From an uncultured delta proteobacterium (GTDB taxonomy: Bacteria; Desulfobacterota; Binatia; Binatales; Binataceae), in the NCBI GenBank assembly GCA_963724765.1, contig CAVRVY010000003.1, positions 384,001-448,000 on the forward strand: a stretch of DNA of 64,000 nucleotides, written 5' to 3'. Below the pieces are notes generated by a model. It saw only the letters and a list, made by a program, of their open reading frames with translations. It was not told where the DNA came from and searched no databases. Within the stretch, counting starts at the first letter, position 1, and the number at the start of each line of letters is the position of its first letter. Below are positions 48,502 through 57,834 of the stretch, one piece after another. Position numbers and translations under genes: made by a program.

Positions 48502-48918
48502 TCAGGCGCTGAACGACGATCCACAACCGCAGGTGCGGCTGGCGCGCGGATTGTCGAAACGGAATCCCCCGGCATGCAGACCCTCGACGTAATCGAGAGT
48601 GGTGCCGGCGATGTAGGGCAGCGAAATTTCATCGACGAGAATCTTCGCGCCGTCGATTTCCTGCGCCGTGTCGCCTTCCTTTTGTACATCGAAGCTCAGC
48701 GAATACTGAAACCCCGAGCATCCGCCGCCGACCACCGAGATTCGGAGCCCTTGCTCGGCGCCGAGGCCTTCCTTCGCATGCATCTGCTTGACCATCTCAA
48801 GCGCCTTGGGCGTCAGATTGATGCCGGGCACTCTCACGGCCGCACTATCACGAGCGGGCTCGTGCCGATGCTCGTGCCCGTGTTCATGCCCATGTTCATG
48901 TCGGACTTCTTCAGACAT
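48502..48918 (-). CDS. A-type Fe-S cluster carrier (IscA/ErpA/HesB family) with His-rich N-terminus
   Basis: GGGCSGFQY, NPRA..TCGCGSSF; N-terminal HEHGHEHGHEHRHE. Confidence 0.93.
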   Translation of the reverse strand: MSEEVRHEHGHEHGHEHRHEPARDSAAVRVPGINLTPKALEMVKQMHAKEGLGAEQGLRISVVGGGCSGFQYSLSFDVQKEGDTAQEIDGAKILVDEISLPYIAGTTLDYVEGLHAGGFRFDNPRASRTCGCGSSFSA

Positions 48919-49068
48919 CCTGCAATCCTCCGGGCTGTTCTCCTGATGAGGCGCGCCGGTAGCGCGCTAAACAACTGGTCAATTCTAACCCAGCGACGCC
49001 TAACGGAGCAAATCCCCTGCTATCGGATGACCGCGCTGGGTAGTGTCCTAATTCTTTGAGGGTCGAAG

Positions 49069-49094
49069 TGTCCGGATTTGGGCAAATCCGGACA
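49069..49094. promoter_or_regulatory. Perfect 12-2-12 inverted repeat in the divergent iscA/queG intergenic region
   Basis: TGTCCGGATTTG-GG-CAAATCCGGACA. Confidence 0.5.
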
Positions 49095-49183
49095 GCACCC
49101 CGCGCTGGAAGGCGGCTGCGCGGCGGGCGCAACTGGGCGATAATGCCTGACGGCCCAGGTGGACGACGGCGTCCGGCGGGACT

Positions 49184-50299
49184 TTGATGGCTCGACTCGA
49201 AGAAATTTTGACGGCGGTGGCGCACGAGCAGGGCTTCGTGCTGGTCGGCTTCGCACCGCTTCACCGCCTGGATCGTCGCCAGGAGTTTTTCAATCGATGG
49301 CTCGCCGAGGAGCGCGCAGGCGAGATGGGATGGCTCGGGCGCGATCCCGAGCGGCGGCTTGACCCGCGGCGGATCGATTCCCGCCTGCGCTCGGTCGTCA
49401 GCCTCGGCTATCCCTACGCCGCACCCGCAATCCCTGACCTCGATTGGCGCGCCGCGATGCGCGGTCGGATCGCGGCCTACGCGATGGGGCCGGACTATCA
49501 CGACACGGTGCTCGCGCGCGCTCGCGCGGTGGCAGCGCGGCTTAAAAGCGAGCGTCCCGACGCCGTCACGCGCGCGTACGTCGACACGGGCGCGGTGTTC
49601 GAGCGCGAATGGGCGACCGAGGCGCGCATCGGATGGTTCGGCAGGAACACCAACCTGCTCAACCGCCATCACGGCTCGTATTTCTTTCTCGCCGAAATTT
49701 TCACCGACGCCGAATTCACGCCGAACGGCGAGCCCTACCGCGAGCATTGCGGCACCTGCCGTCAGTGCCTCGACCTCTGCCCGACCGGCGCGCTGGCCGA
49801 AGGCTACGTTATCGAGCCGCGCGTGTGCATCTCCTACCTGACGATCGAGCATCGCGGACCGATTCCCGTCGCGCTGAGACCGAAACTCGGCAACTGGATT
49901 TTCGGATGCGACGTCTGTCAGGAGGTATGCCCGTGGAACGTAAGCGCGGGCACGGCATCTGACGATACGCTGATGCCGTTTCTGCCGGGGTTGATGGCGC
50001 TCGACGACGACGGCTTCCGCCGCCGCTTCGGCAAGAGCGCGGTCGCACGCACAAAGCGGCGCGGATTGCTGCGCAACGCCGCCGTGGTGCTGGGCAACAG
50101 CGGAAACCGCGACGCGGTGGCAGTACTGGCACGGTCACTCGTAGAGGAGATCGAGCCGCTGGTGCGCTCGCACGTGGCCTGGGCGCTGGGGCAACTCGGT
50201 GGCGCAAGCGCGCGCGCGGCGCTCGAGCGCCGGCGCAAGGCCGAGAACGACCCGGAAGTACAGGCGGAGATCGAAGTGGCGCTGGCGGCGCTGCCCTAG
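49184..50299 (+). CDS. queG: Epoxyqueuosine reductase
   Basis: YVDTG, GWFGRN, GSYFFL, CGTCRQCLDLCPTGA, CISYLTIE, FGCDVCQEVCPWN; HEAT-like tail. Confidence 0.95.
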   Translation: MMARLEEILTAVAHEQGFVLVGFAPLHRLDRRQEFFNRWLAEERAGEMGWLGRDPERRLDPRRIDSRLRSVVSLGYPYAAPAIPDLDWRAAMRGRIAAYAMGPDYHDTVLARARAVAARLKSERPDAVTRAYVDTGAVFEREWATEARIGWFGRNTNLLNRHHGSYFFLAEIFTDAEFTPNGEPYREHCGTCRQCLDLCPTGALAEGYVIEPRVCISYLTIEHRGPIPVALRPKLGNWIFGCDVCQEVCPWNVSAGTASDDTLMPFLPGLMALDDDGFRRRFGKSAVARTKRRGLLRNAAVVLGNSGNRDAVAVLARSLVEEIEPLVRSHVAWALGQLGGASARAALERRRKAENDPEVQAEIEVALAALP

Positions 50300-50390
50300 G
50301 CTCATCCGCGCTCCAGTGGCCCGGCGGCTCGCAGAATAAGCCGCAGCGCCCGCACTGGATGAAACGGAGGCGAGGCGTTATATAACAAAG

Positions 50391-51215
50391 ATGAATCCTG
50401 CGCGGACCGAATTTGCCCGCATCGCCACACGCGAGCCGATCCCGCTCGCCCACGGCGCCCTGCTAATCGCCAAGGAGGAGTATCCCGACCTCAACGTCGC
50501 ACACTACCTCGAGCATCTGGCGGCGCTGGGGCGCGCCGCTCAAAGCGCGCTGCGCGAGGCCGAGAACACGGTCGAGCGCGTGCAGACGCTCTCCGACTTC
50601 CTGTTCGTGCGAACCGGCTTTACGGGCAATCGCGACAACTATGGCGACCCGCGCAACTCCTTTCTCAACGATGTGCTGGAGCGCCGCCTCGGCATCCCGA
50701 TCACGCTCTCCGTGATTTACCTCGAAGTCGGACGGCGCGCCGGGCTCAACCTCTTCGGCGTCTCTTTCCCTTCGCACTTCCTGGTCAAGGCGGTCGACGA
50801 GCGCGGCGAGCTGATTATCGACCCGTTCAACGGCGGCACGATCCTCGACCTCGACGACATCCGCACCCGCCTCAAACAGATCTACGGCCAGCCAGTCGAG
50901 GTCCAGCCGGCGATGCTGAAGGCGGTGAGCGGGCGGCACATCCTCGCGCGCATGCTGCGCAATTTGAAAAACATCTATGCCAGCGGCGCCGACTGGCCGC
51001 GCTCGCTCGCCGCACTGGACCGCATCCTGATCCTTGAGCCGCGCGCGCCCGACGATATGCTCGAGCGCGCCGCGCTCTACGAGCGGCTGGAATGTTTCGG
51101 CGCCGCGCTCGAGGACTTCCAAAGCTTTCTCACGCAGTACGCCAACCATCCCGCGGCCGACGCGGCGCGCGAGGCCGTGGTGCGGCTCGCCCGCCAGGTC
51201 GCGCGGATCAACTGA
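50391..51215 (+). CDS. SirB1/YchA family protein (transglutaminase-like + TPR)
   Basis: GFTGN..NY.DPRNSFL..VL.RR.GIPITLS, FPSHFLV, IDPFN.G, RMLRNLK. Confidence 0.9.
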   Translation: MNPARTEFARIATREPIPLAHGALLIAKEEYPDLNVAHYLEHLAALGRAAQSALREAENTVERVQTLSDFLFVRTGFTGNRDNYGDPRNSFLNDVLERRLGIPITLSVIYLEVGRRAGLNLFGVSFPSHFLVKAVDERGELIIDPFNGGTILDLDDIRTRLKQIYGQPVEVQPAMLKAVSGRHILARMLRNLKNIYASGADWPRSLAALDRILILEPRAPDDMLERAALYERLECFGAALEDFQSFLTQYANHPAADAAREAVVRLARQVARIN

Positions 51216-51230
51216 TCGAGTTTGGTGCCG

Positions 51231-52700
51231 ATGTCGAACGAGGCCGCCCCAGAGGATTTTTTTGCCGCGAGCGAAGCCGCGGTCGCCGATACCAGTCTGC
51301 GCCGCAAGCTCGAGAACGCGACCGGGCGCCATCTCGAACACGTCGCCGCGACCCGCGCCGAGTTCCCCGCCTACGAGGCCGAGCGCGACGCTTCGCGGCG
51401 GATAAAGGAAGACTCGATCGCGCGGCTCGACGACCTGCTGGTCCAGCTCAAGGAGCGCCTGGAGGCCAACGGATGCAGCGTGTTTGTCGCCGCCGACGCA
51501 GCCGAGGCACGCAAGTATATCGTCGACCTCGCCCGTGAGCGCGGCGCGCGCCGCGTGGTCAAGGGCAAGTCGATGGCGACCGAGGAAATCGCGCTCAACC
51601 CGGCGCTGGTGGAAGCCGGATGCGAGGTGGTCGAGACCGATCTCGGCGAGTACATCGTGCAACTGCGCGGCGAGCGCCCCTCGCATATCATCACGCCCGC
51701 GATCCATCTCTCCAAGGAAGACATCGGCCTGCTGTTCAACGAGAAGCTGCACGTCCCCTACACCTCCGAGCCCACGGCGCTCACCGCGGTTGCCCGCGAG
51801 CGCCTGCGCGAAGTGTTTCTGGCCGCCGACATGGGAGTGACCGGCGCCAACTTCGCGATCGCCGAAACCGGCACGCTGGTGCTGGTCGAGAACGAAGGCA
51901 ACGGGCGGATGTCGAGCATGCTGCCCGAGGTTTTCGTCGCCGTGATGGGAATCGAGAAGGTCATCCCGTCGATGGCCGACTTGAGCCATTTTCTCGAGGT
52001 GCTGGCGCGCACGGCGACCGGGCAGAAGCTCACGACCTACACGAATTTCATCAGCGGACCGCGGCGCGCGGGCGAGGCCGACGGTCCGCGCGAAGTGCAC
52101 GTGGTGATGCTCGACAACGGACGCAGCACGATGCTCGCGGACCCGGTGCTACGCGAGGCGCTCTACTGCCTGCGCTGCGGAGCGTGCCTCAACGTCTGCC
52201 CGATATACCGGCGCGTCGGCGGCCACGCCTACGGCTCGACTTATCCGGGGCCGATCGGCTCGATCGTGAGCCCGAGCCTGTTCGGCGGCGCCACCGCCAC
52301 TTTGCCGTTCGCCTCGACGCTGTGCGGCGCGTGCCGCGAAATCTGTCCGGTGAAGATCGACATCCCGCGCATCCTGTTGCACCTGCGCTGGAAGGAAACC
52401 GCCGCCAAGAGCGACGGCACGCTGCCGACGCCCAAATGGCCGCGCGCCGCGCGGCGCGCGCGCGAGGGAGTCGAAATGTTTTCCCGGATGGCGAACCATC
52501 CGATGATCGTCCGCGTGATGGGCCGCATGGCCGCGCTCGCGATGTGGCCGTTTGCGCGCCACGGTTACGTGCGATGGATGCCGCCGCCGTTCGGCAACTG
52601 GACGCGCGTGCGCGACTTTCCAGTGCCGCGTTTCCGCCGCCGGCGCAAGGCCCGCAGCCGGGCGCAGAGCAAAGCCGCAAACAACGGGGCGCAAGCGTAA
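51231..52700 (+). CDS. lutB: L-lactate utilization Fe-S protein LutB/LldF
   Basis: VKGKSMATEEI, ETDLGEYIVQL, PSHIITPAIH, NEGN, CLRCGACLNVCP, STLCGACREICPV. Confidence 0.93.
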   Translation: MSNEAAPEDFFAASEAAVADTSLRRKLENATGRHLEHVAATRAEFPAYEAERDASRRIKEDSIARLDDLLVQLKERLEANGCSVFVAADAAEARKYIVDLARERGARRVVKGKSMATEEIALNPALVEAGCEVVETDLGEYIVQLRGERPSHIITPAIHLSKEDIGLLFNEKLHVPYTSEPTALTAVARERLREVFLAADMGVTGANFAIAETGTLVLVENEGNGRMSSMLPEVFVAVMGIEKVIPSMADLSHFLEVLARTATGQKLTTYTNFISGPRRAGEADGPREVHVVMLDNGRSTMLADPVLREALYCLRCGACLNVCPIYRRVGGHAYGSTYPGPIGSIVSPSLFGGATATLPFASTLCGACREICPVKIDIPRILLHLRWKETAAKSDGTLPTPKWPRAARRAREGVEMFSRMANHPMIVRVMGRMAALAMWPFARHGYVRWMPPPFGNWTRVRDFPVPRFRRRRKARSRAQSKAANNGAQA

Positions 52701-52701
52701 A

Positions 52702-53400
52702 GTGGCCGAATTCCACAAGCTCATCGCCAACGTGCGCGACGCGCTGGAACACCCAGCCGCCGAGGCGCACAACGGCGCCGCCGCGTCGGCAGCGACCGTG
52801 CCGACGACCAAAGCGGCGCGCCGGGTGGAACTCGCCTCGCAGTTCGCGCGCGAATTGGAAGCGGTGGGCGGCCACTTTCTCGGCACGGTCATCCCCAAAG
52901 AGACGGTCGCGCGAGTTCTCGGAATTGCCGCGGCGCTCGACGCGCATACGGTGGCCGTCGGCGCGGGCATCCTGACCGACCCCACGCCGATCGTCGACGC
53001 ACTCGAGCTCGCCGGCATCAAAGTCTTCCGCACCGCGGCCGTCGCCGACGACGCGGCGCGTGCCGAATTGCGCGTGAGGCTCGCGCGATGCGATTTCGCG
53101 GTGGTCGAGGCCGACTACGCGATCGCCGCGACCGGCACGCTCGCGATGCTCGCGACGCCCGAGCGCCCCGGTTCGCTCACGCTGCTGCCGCCGGTCAACG
53201 TGATTCTGATCAGCGCCGAGCGAATCCTGCCCGACCTGGCCGCGACGCTGGCCGCGATCGGACCCGCGGCTATCGCGAGCCATCGCCTGGCCCTGGTCAC
53301 CGGCCCCAGCCGCACCGCCGACATCGAAAAGCGCATCGTGCTCGGCGTCCACGGCCCGCGTGAGATTCACGTCGCAGCGGTATGGTACGGCGATGACTGA
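52702..53400 (+). CDS. lutC: L-lactate utilization protein LutC/LldG
   Basis: AIAATGTL, LLPP, TGPSRTADIE..GVHGP; GTG start 52702. Confidence 0.9.
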   Translation: MAEFHKLIANVRDALEHPAAEAHNGAAASAATVPTTKAARRVELASQFARELEAVGGHFLGTVIPKETVARVLGIAAALDAHTVAVGAGILTDPTPIVDALELAGIKVFRTAAVADDAARAELRVRLARCDFAVVEADYAIAATGTLAMLATPERPGSLTLLPPVNVILISAERILPDLAATLAAIGPAAIASHRLALVTGPSRTADIEKRIVLGVHGPREIHVAAVWYGDD

Positions 53401-54115
53401 AGTACGGCTCTTCGGCACCTGCCTCGCGGAGGAATTTTACCCTTCCGCAGTCGACGCGGCGGCCCAGGTGTTGCGTGGGCTGAAGCTGAAGGTGCGCCCG
53501 CTACGCCGCGCGTTCTGCTGCGGGCAGGCCGCGTTCAACGAGGGGATGCGCGAGCAGGCGACCGAACTCGCGCGCCGTTTCCTTGGCGCATGCGAGCCCG
53601 GCACGCCGCTCGTCGTCCCGTCGGGGTCATGCGCCGCGATGGTCAAAATATTTTACGCTGACCTCTTGGCTGGCGATCCGAAACTCGCCGCTAAGGCCGC
53701 GGCGCTCAGGCCGTGGGTGTACGAATTTTCACAGTTCCTGGTCGGCGTGATGAAGGTGCGCTACCTGGGAGCGCGCTTCGAGCACGCCGTCGCCTACCAT
53801 CCGGGATGCCATCTGCTGCGCGAGATGGGCGTGCGCGATGAGCCGCGCCTGCTGCTGAGCGCGGTTAGCGGAATCCGCTTGTGCGAGCTGCGCAACGTGC
53901 AGGAGTGCTGCGGCTTCGGCGGGATGTTCTCGGTCAAGTTTCCGCACATCTCGGGCGGGATGCTCGCCGACAAGGTTGCGAGCGTGCGCGAGAGCGGCGC
54001 CGATACGGTGGTGGCGAATGACTGCGGATGCCTGATGCAAATCGGCGGCGGGCTCAGCCGCGCCGGAGTCGAGATCGAGACACGCCATCTGGCCGAAGTG
54101 CTGGCGTCAAGGTGA
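53393..54115 (+). CDS. lutA: L-lactate utilization CCG-domain protein LutA/LldE
   Basis: GTC, CCGQ, PSGSC, YHPGCH, CCGFGGMFSVK, DCGCLMQI; ATG 53393. Confidence 0.92.
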   Translation: MTEVRLFGTCLAEEFYPSAVDAAAQVLRGLKLKVRPLRRAFCCGQAAFNEGMREQATELARRFLGACEPGTPLVVPSGSCAAMVKIFYADLLAGDPKLAAKAAALRPWVYEFSQFLVGVMKVRYLGARFEHAVAYHPGCHLLREMGVRDEPRLLLSAVSGIRLCELRNVQECCGFGGMFSVKFPHISGGMLADKVASVRESGADTVVANDCGCLMQIGGGLSRAGVEIETRHLAEVLASR

Positions 54116-54170
54116 AGTGCTGGCGTCAAGGTGAAGTTCTGGCGTCAAGGTAAAGACCTGGCGTTGAGTT
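54095..54170. repeat. 19-bp tandem repeat x4, decaying, spanning the lutA stop codon
   Basis: GAAGTGCTGGCGTCAAGGT x2, GAAGTTCTGGCGTCAAGGT, AAAGACCTGGCGTTGAGTT. Confidence 0.9.
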
Positions 54171-54193
54171 AGTGTCCTGGCCTCCGCCGGACA

Positions 54194-54351
54194 CGGCCGC
54201 TCGCGAGCGGCCCCTACAACAGAAACGACCAGTTCCTTTGATCCCTCGCCCGCATTGTGTGCGGGAGAGGGCACAGAAGAAGAATCGCGCACCGGCATAC
54301 GCGGACGCCAGGAAAACCTTCTGTCTTGTAGGGGCCGTTCGCGAACGGCCC
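54194..54351. repeat. Inverted pair of GTAG-type REP palindromes enclosing a CCCTC/GAGGG hairpin (REPIN/BIME-like)
   Basis: 54194-54218 reverse complement TGTAGGGGCCGCTCGCGAGCGGCCG; 54327-54351 TGTAGGGGCCGTTCGCGAACGGCCC; middle hairpin 54243-54271. Confidence 0.75.
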
Positions 54352-54437
54352 TTGTTCATTTCCAGCGAGGTCACACGCGCAGGCACACGGCCGGACGCGA
54401 GCGCGCGGCGGCCGAGCCTGCGGCGCAGCGCCGCGCT

Positions 54438-54887
54438 TTAGATGCGATTCCAGTTCTGCTGCGCGAGCACGTAGGCGATTTTCTGCAAGCGCTCGTCCAA
54501 CTGGCGCACCTGGTCGGCAATTCCCGCGCCCTCGTGAGCCGTGCCGCCGCCGTTGCTCGAGCGCGCCTCCAGATCCTCCTCGAGCTTGGCGATTTTGCTG
54601 CTCAGATGCGCAAGCTGCTCGGTCATCCGGGTGAGCTGTGCCAGTTCCTGAGCAAAGCTCTCGACCCGCTGCTCGAGCGCCGCGACCCGGCCCTCAACCG
54701 ATTTGACCGAGGCCCGTTTGGCCCGCGGTTTCTTGGGCGCCGCGCCGTCTTGCGCAGCGCTGGCTTCGGGAGCGTCGTAAGTCTCGGCAGTCCCGCCGCC
54801 GTCGCCGTTACCGTTTTGGCCCTCGCCTTCGCTAACGATCCCTTCACTAACGATCATCGACTCGTGCAGTTCCTTAGTCTCTGCCAT
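54438..54887 (-). CDS. Hypothetical coiled-coil protein downstream of phaC
   Basis: Acidic/Gly-rich N-terminus, basic patch KKPRAKR, long heptad region. Confidence 0.7.
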   Translation of the reverse strand: MAETKELHESMIVSEGIVSEGEGQNGNGDGGGTAETYDAPEASAAQDGAAPKKPRAKRASVKSVEGRVAALEQRVESFAQELAQLTRMTEQLAHLSSKIAKLEEDLEARSSNGGGTAHEGAGIADQVRQLDERLQKIAYVLAQQNWNRI

Positions 54888-54957
54888 CTTACTACTACCC
54901 CTTTCTCAATCCTTCCTGCGTTTCATCGCCAACCAGCCGCGGACTAATTACCGCTGG

Positions 54958-56667
54958 CTATTGTTGCAACACATACCTTCCGGGCGCGGGCTCGAGCGGC
55001 GGAAACCGCAGGCTGCCAAGGCTGGCCGGGGCCTCGTGCTTGTCGCCGGAACGCCTGTCGAGCCATCCGAGCCAGTGGTCCCACCATGAGCCCTTCTGCT
55101 CGGTAGCTTCCTTCATCCACGCGTCAGGATCGTCGCCCAGTCTGGAATTGACGTAGTACTTGGCCTTGAAGTTGGTCGGCGGGCATACCAGGGTCTGGAC
55201 GTGGCCGCTGGAGTTGAGCACGAACTCGGTCCGTCCGCCGAACAAACGCGCCCCGTTGTAAACCGCACGCCAGGCGCAGATATGATCCGTCATGCCGCCG
55301 ACCACGAACATGTCGTAGCCGACCTTGCGCAGATCGATCGGTGTGCCGAGAATCTCGACCGCGCCGGCGCGCGTCAGGCCGTTGCGCAGCAGCAATTCCA
55401 GGAAACCGGCGTGCAGTCGGGCCGGCAGGTTGGTCGAGTCGGCATTCCAGTACAGGATGTCGAACGGCGCCGGATCCTGACCCATCAGGTAGTTGTTCAC
55501 CCAGTAGTTCCAGACCAGGTCGTTAGGCCGCAGCCACGCGAACAGGCGCTCCATCTCCGCGCCGTTGAGCACGCCCTGGCGCCGCGAGCGCTCGATCGCC
55601 GCCGCCACGCCCTCTTCGGTAGTGAACATTCCGGTCATCGACGGCGCGCTCGAATCCAGCATCGTGACGACCAGCGTCGCGGCGTTGACGCGGCGGTCAC
55701 CGAGAGCCGCCAGGTAGCCGAGCATCAGGGTTGAAGTGATTCCGCCGGAGCATACGCCGAGCAGATTGGCCGTGGCGCTGCCGGTTATCTCGCACACCGC
55801 CTCCAACGCTTCCTTGATCGCGCTCACGTATTCGTCGAGGCCCCAAGCGCGATGCTCGGGCTTGGGATTGCGCCAGCTCACGGTGAAAAACGGCACTCCA
55901 TGGGCGACCGCGTACTCGGTCAGGCTGCGCTTGGGCGCCAGGTCCATGATGTAGAACTTGTTGATTTGCGGCGGTACCAGCAGCACGGGCCGTTCATACA
56001 CCTGCCTGGTTGCGGGCGTGTATTGCAGCAGTTCCAGCATCTCCGAGCGAAACACCACCGATCCGGGTGTGACGGCAAGGTTATGTCCGACGACGAACGG
56101 ACGTTTGTCGACCGTCCGCGGCATCCCATGGTTATTCCAAAGGTCGTCAAGGAAGTTGCGCAGCCCGTGCATCAGGCTGGTCCCGCCGGTCTCAAACGCG
56201 CGCTTGAGCGCCGCCGGATTGCTGAGCAGCAGGTTGGTCGGCGCCAGCGCTTCCGTCAGCAGCCGAACCGCAAAGCGCTGCTGCTCGGATTCCTTCCACT
56301 CGCCGTCTGCGCTCTCGGGCACCATCGACTGCAGCGTCGAACGCCAGACAAGGTAAGTCTGCATTATGCGGCGGAAGAAAGGATTGTCGGACCAGGTAGG
56401 GTCGGCGAAACGCTTGTCGCCATCCTCCGGGGTGACCTCGGAAACGCCGGCGGCGATTTTGATCAACTCAACCGCCATTTTGCTCAGTTGGCCGCCGAGG
56501 CCCTCCGGATGCTTGAGGGTCTCGTTGACGAAATTGGTCAGTTGCTCGAGGACCTGGTCTGAATCCAGGCCGACAAAGGGATTCGCGCCTAAAATAGCAT
56601 CGGCCGCCTTGACCGCCTGCTCGGGCGCTTCGGCAAACTCTGTGGATTGCTTCGTGATGGCCCTCAC
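54958..56667 (-). CDS. phaC: Polyhydroxyalkanoate synthase, class II-like
   Basis: DKRFAD..W, APTN, PPQINKFYIMDL, lipase box GVCSGG, RPNDLVWNYWVNNYL, DHI, SGH, GSWW. GTG start 56667. Confidence 0.93.
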   Translation of the reverse strand: MRAITKQSTEFAEAPEQAVKAADAILGANPFVGLDSDQVLEQLTNFVNETLKHPEGLGGQLSKMAVELIKIAAGVSEVTPEDGDKRFADPTWSDNPFFRRIMQTYLVWRSTLQSMVPESADGEWKESEQQRFAVRLLTEALAPTNLLLSNPAALKRAFETGGTSLMHGLRNFLDDLWNNHGMPRTVDKRPFVVGHNLAVTPGSVVFRSEMLELLQYTPATRQVYERPVLLVPPQINKFYIMDLAPKRSLTEYAVAHGVPFFTVSWRNPKPEHRAWGLDEYVSAIKEALEAVCEITGSATANLLGVCSGGITSTLMLGYLAALGDRRVNAATLVVTMLDSSAPSMTGMFTTEEGVAAAIERSRRQGVLNGAEMERLFAWLRPNDLVWNYWVNNYLMGQDPAPFDILYWNADSTNLPARLHAGFLELLLRNGLTRAGAVEILGTPIDLRKVGYDMFVVGGMTDHICAWRAVYNGARLFGGRTEFVLNSSGHVQTLVCPPTNFKAKYYVNSRLGDDPDAWMKEATEQKGSWWDHWLGWLDRRSGDKHEAPASLGSLRFPPLEPAPGRYVLQQ

Positions 56668-56725
56668 CTCGTCGCCCTCCCTCGACGCGATGCAACAGCC
56701 CAATTACAGCCGTAGCAAAGGAGCG

Positions 56726-57757
56726 CTAGCCTAGCAACTCCAAGCCACGTTCAAACAGGCGTGGACCCGACAGGGCTATATCCTCCCAAGTCGGGTCCGG
56801 GCGTTTGCCGCGTCGATGTAACATCAGATTAAAAGCGGTTATAACCCCGAACCGGTAACCCGCGAACGCCCGGAACCATCGCACCTGGTTGATATCGACA
56901 GTTGAAGTCGCGTTCGAGGCATAAAGCCTGGCTACCTCGTCAGGAGAAAGCACGTGCGGCGGCAGCAGGCTAAGGGTTTCCCAGCTCTCAGGGTCTGAGA
57001 ACAAGCAAAGCCATCCGAGATCGATCAACGTCGCGCCTATTTGCGACAATTCCCAATCGATGACCGCGTTGAGGCGCCCAGCGTCGAACAAACAGTTGGA
57101 CCATTGGAAGTCGCCGTGCACGCATCCAACATGCACGCGCTCGGGCGGCGGCAGACTCTGGCGCAGGCGCGCGCGCAAGAGCGGTCCGCGACCGACGACC
57201 TTGGGGTCCAGCGTCGGCCGGTCGAGCAGGTTATCGAGGCGCTTCATTTCATCGGCCAGCGAAAGCGGCTCGCCCCAGGCCTCGCGGCGCGGCTCCCATG
57301 GCACCGCGTGCAGCGCGGCGAGCGCCTTGACCCCCTGCGTGACCATCGCGTGCGTCTCGGCAGCAGTATAGGTGCGTTCGCCCAGGGCGAGTTTGTCGCC
57401 GTTAAGAAAGCCGACCACGAAGAACGGCCGCCCAAACCATCGCGGGTCGCTGTCATACCATTTGACCGGCGGCACCGGCACGGCGGTCCCCGCAAGCGAA
57501 GCCATGATTCGCGCCTGGCGAACGACGTCGGTCGGCCCCGCTATCGGGACGCCCTCGGGCGCGAGGCGGATCACCAGCCGCTCGGTCCGTGGCGTCGCGC
57601 CGGCGCGATAAGTCAGCTCGAAGCTGTAGCTCAATCCCGCATGGCCGGGCAGCGCTGCGGGCTCGCCCACGCCGGCCTCGGGGTCGCCGGTCTTCTCACG
57701 CACCAGGAGCGTGAGCTGGCGCGCGATCTGCGCGATCTGATCAATCTGCGAATCCAT
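56726..57757 (-). CDS. Phosphotransferase (APH/ACAD10-like kinase fold) family protein
   Basis: VPVPPV, GRPFFV, HGDFQWSN, VIDWEL, DLGW. Start at MDSQID (57757). Confidence 0.88.
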   Translation of the reverse strand: MDSQIDQIAQIARQLTLLVREKTGDPEAGVGEPAALPGHAGLSYSFELTYRAGATPRTERLVIRLAPEGVPIAGPTDVVRQARIMASLAGTAVPVPPVKWYDSDPRWFGRPFFVVGFLNGDKLALGERTYTAAETHAMVTQGVKALAALHAVPWEPRREAWGEPLSLADEMKRLDNLLDRPTLDPKVVGRGPLLRARLRQSLPPPERVHVGCVHGDFQWSNCLFDAGRLNAVIDWELSQIGATLIDLGWLCLFSDPESWETLSLLPPHVLSPDEVARLYASNATSTVDINQVRWFRAFAGYRFGVITAFNLMLHRRGKRPDPTWEDIALSGPRLFERGLELLG

Positions 57758-57834
57758 AATTGTGCTGATACTGACGCGGCCTCGCGGCCGATCCGCGGGA
57801 GATGGAACCGCGGACCGGCCGCAAACGGGGTTGT

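Noticed and set aside
48970-48995. IscR/Rrf2-type operator upstream of iscA
   Set aside because: Only a weak imperfect palindrome; not supportable without a weight matrix.
54095-54170. CRISPR array
   Set aside because: Repeats are contiguous with no spacers, only 19 bp long, and there are no cas genes.
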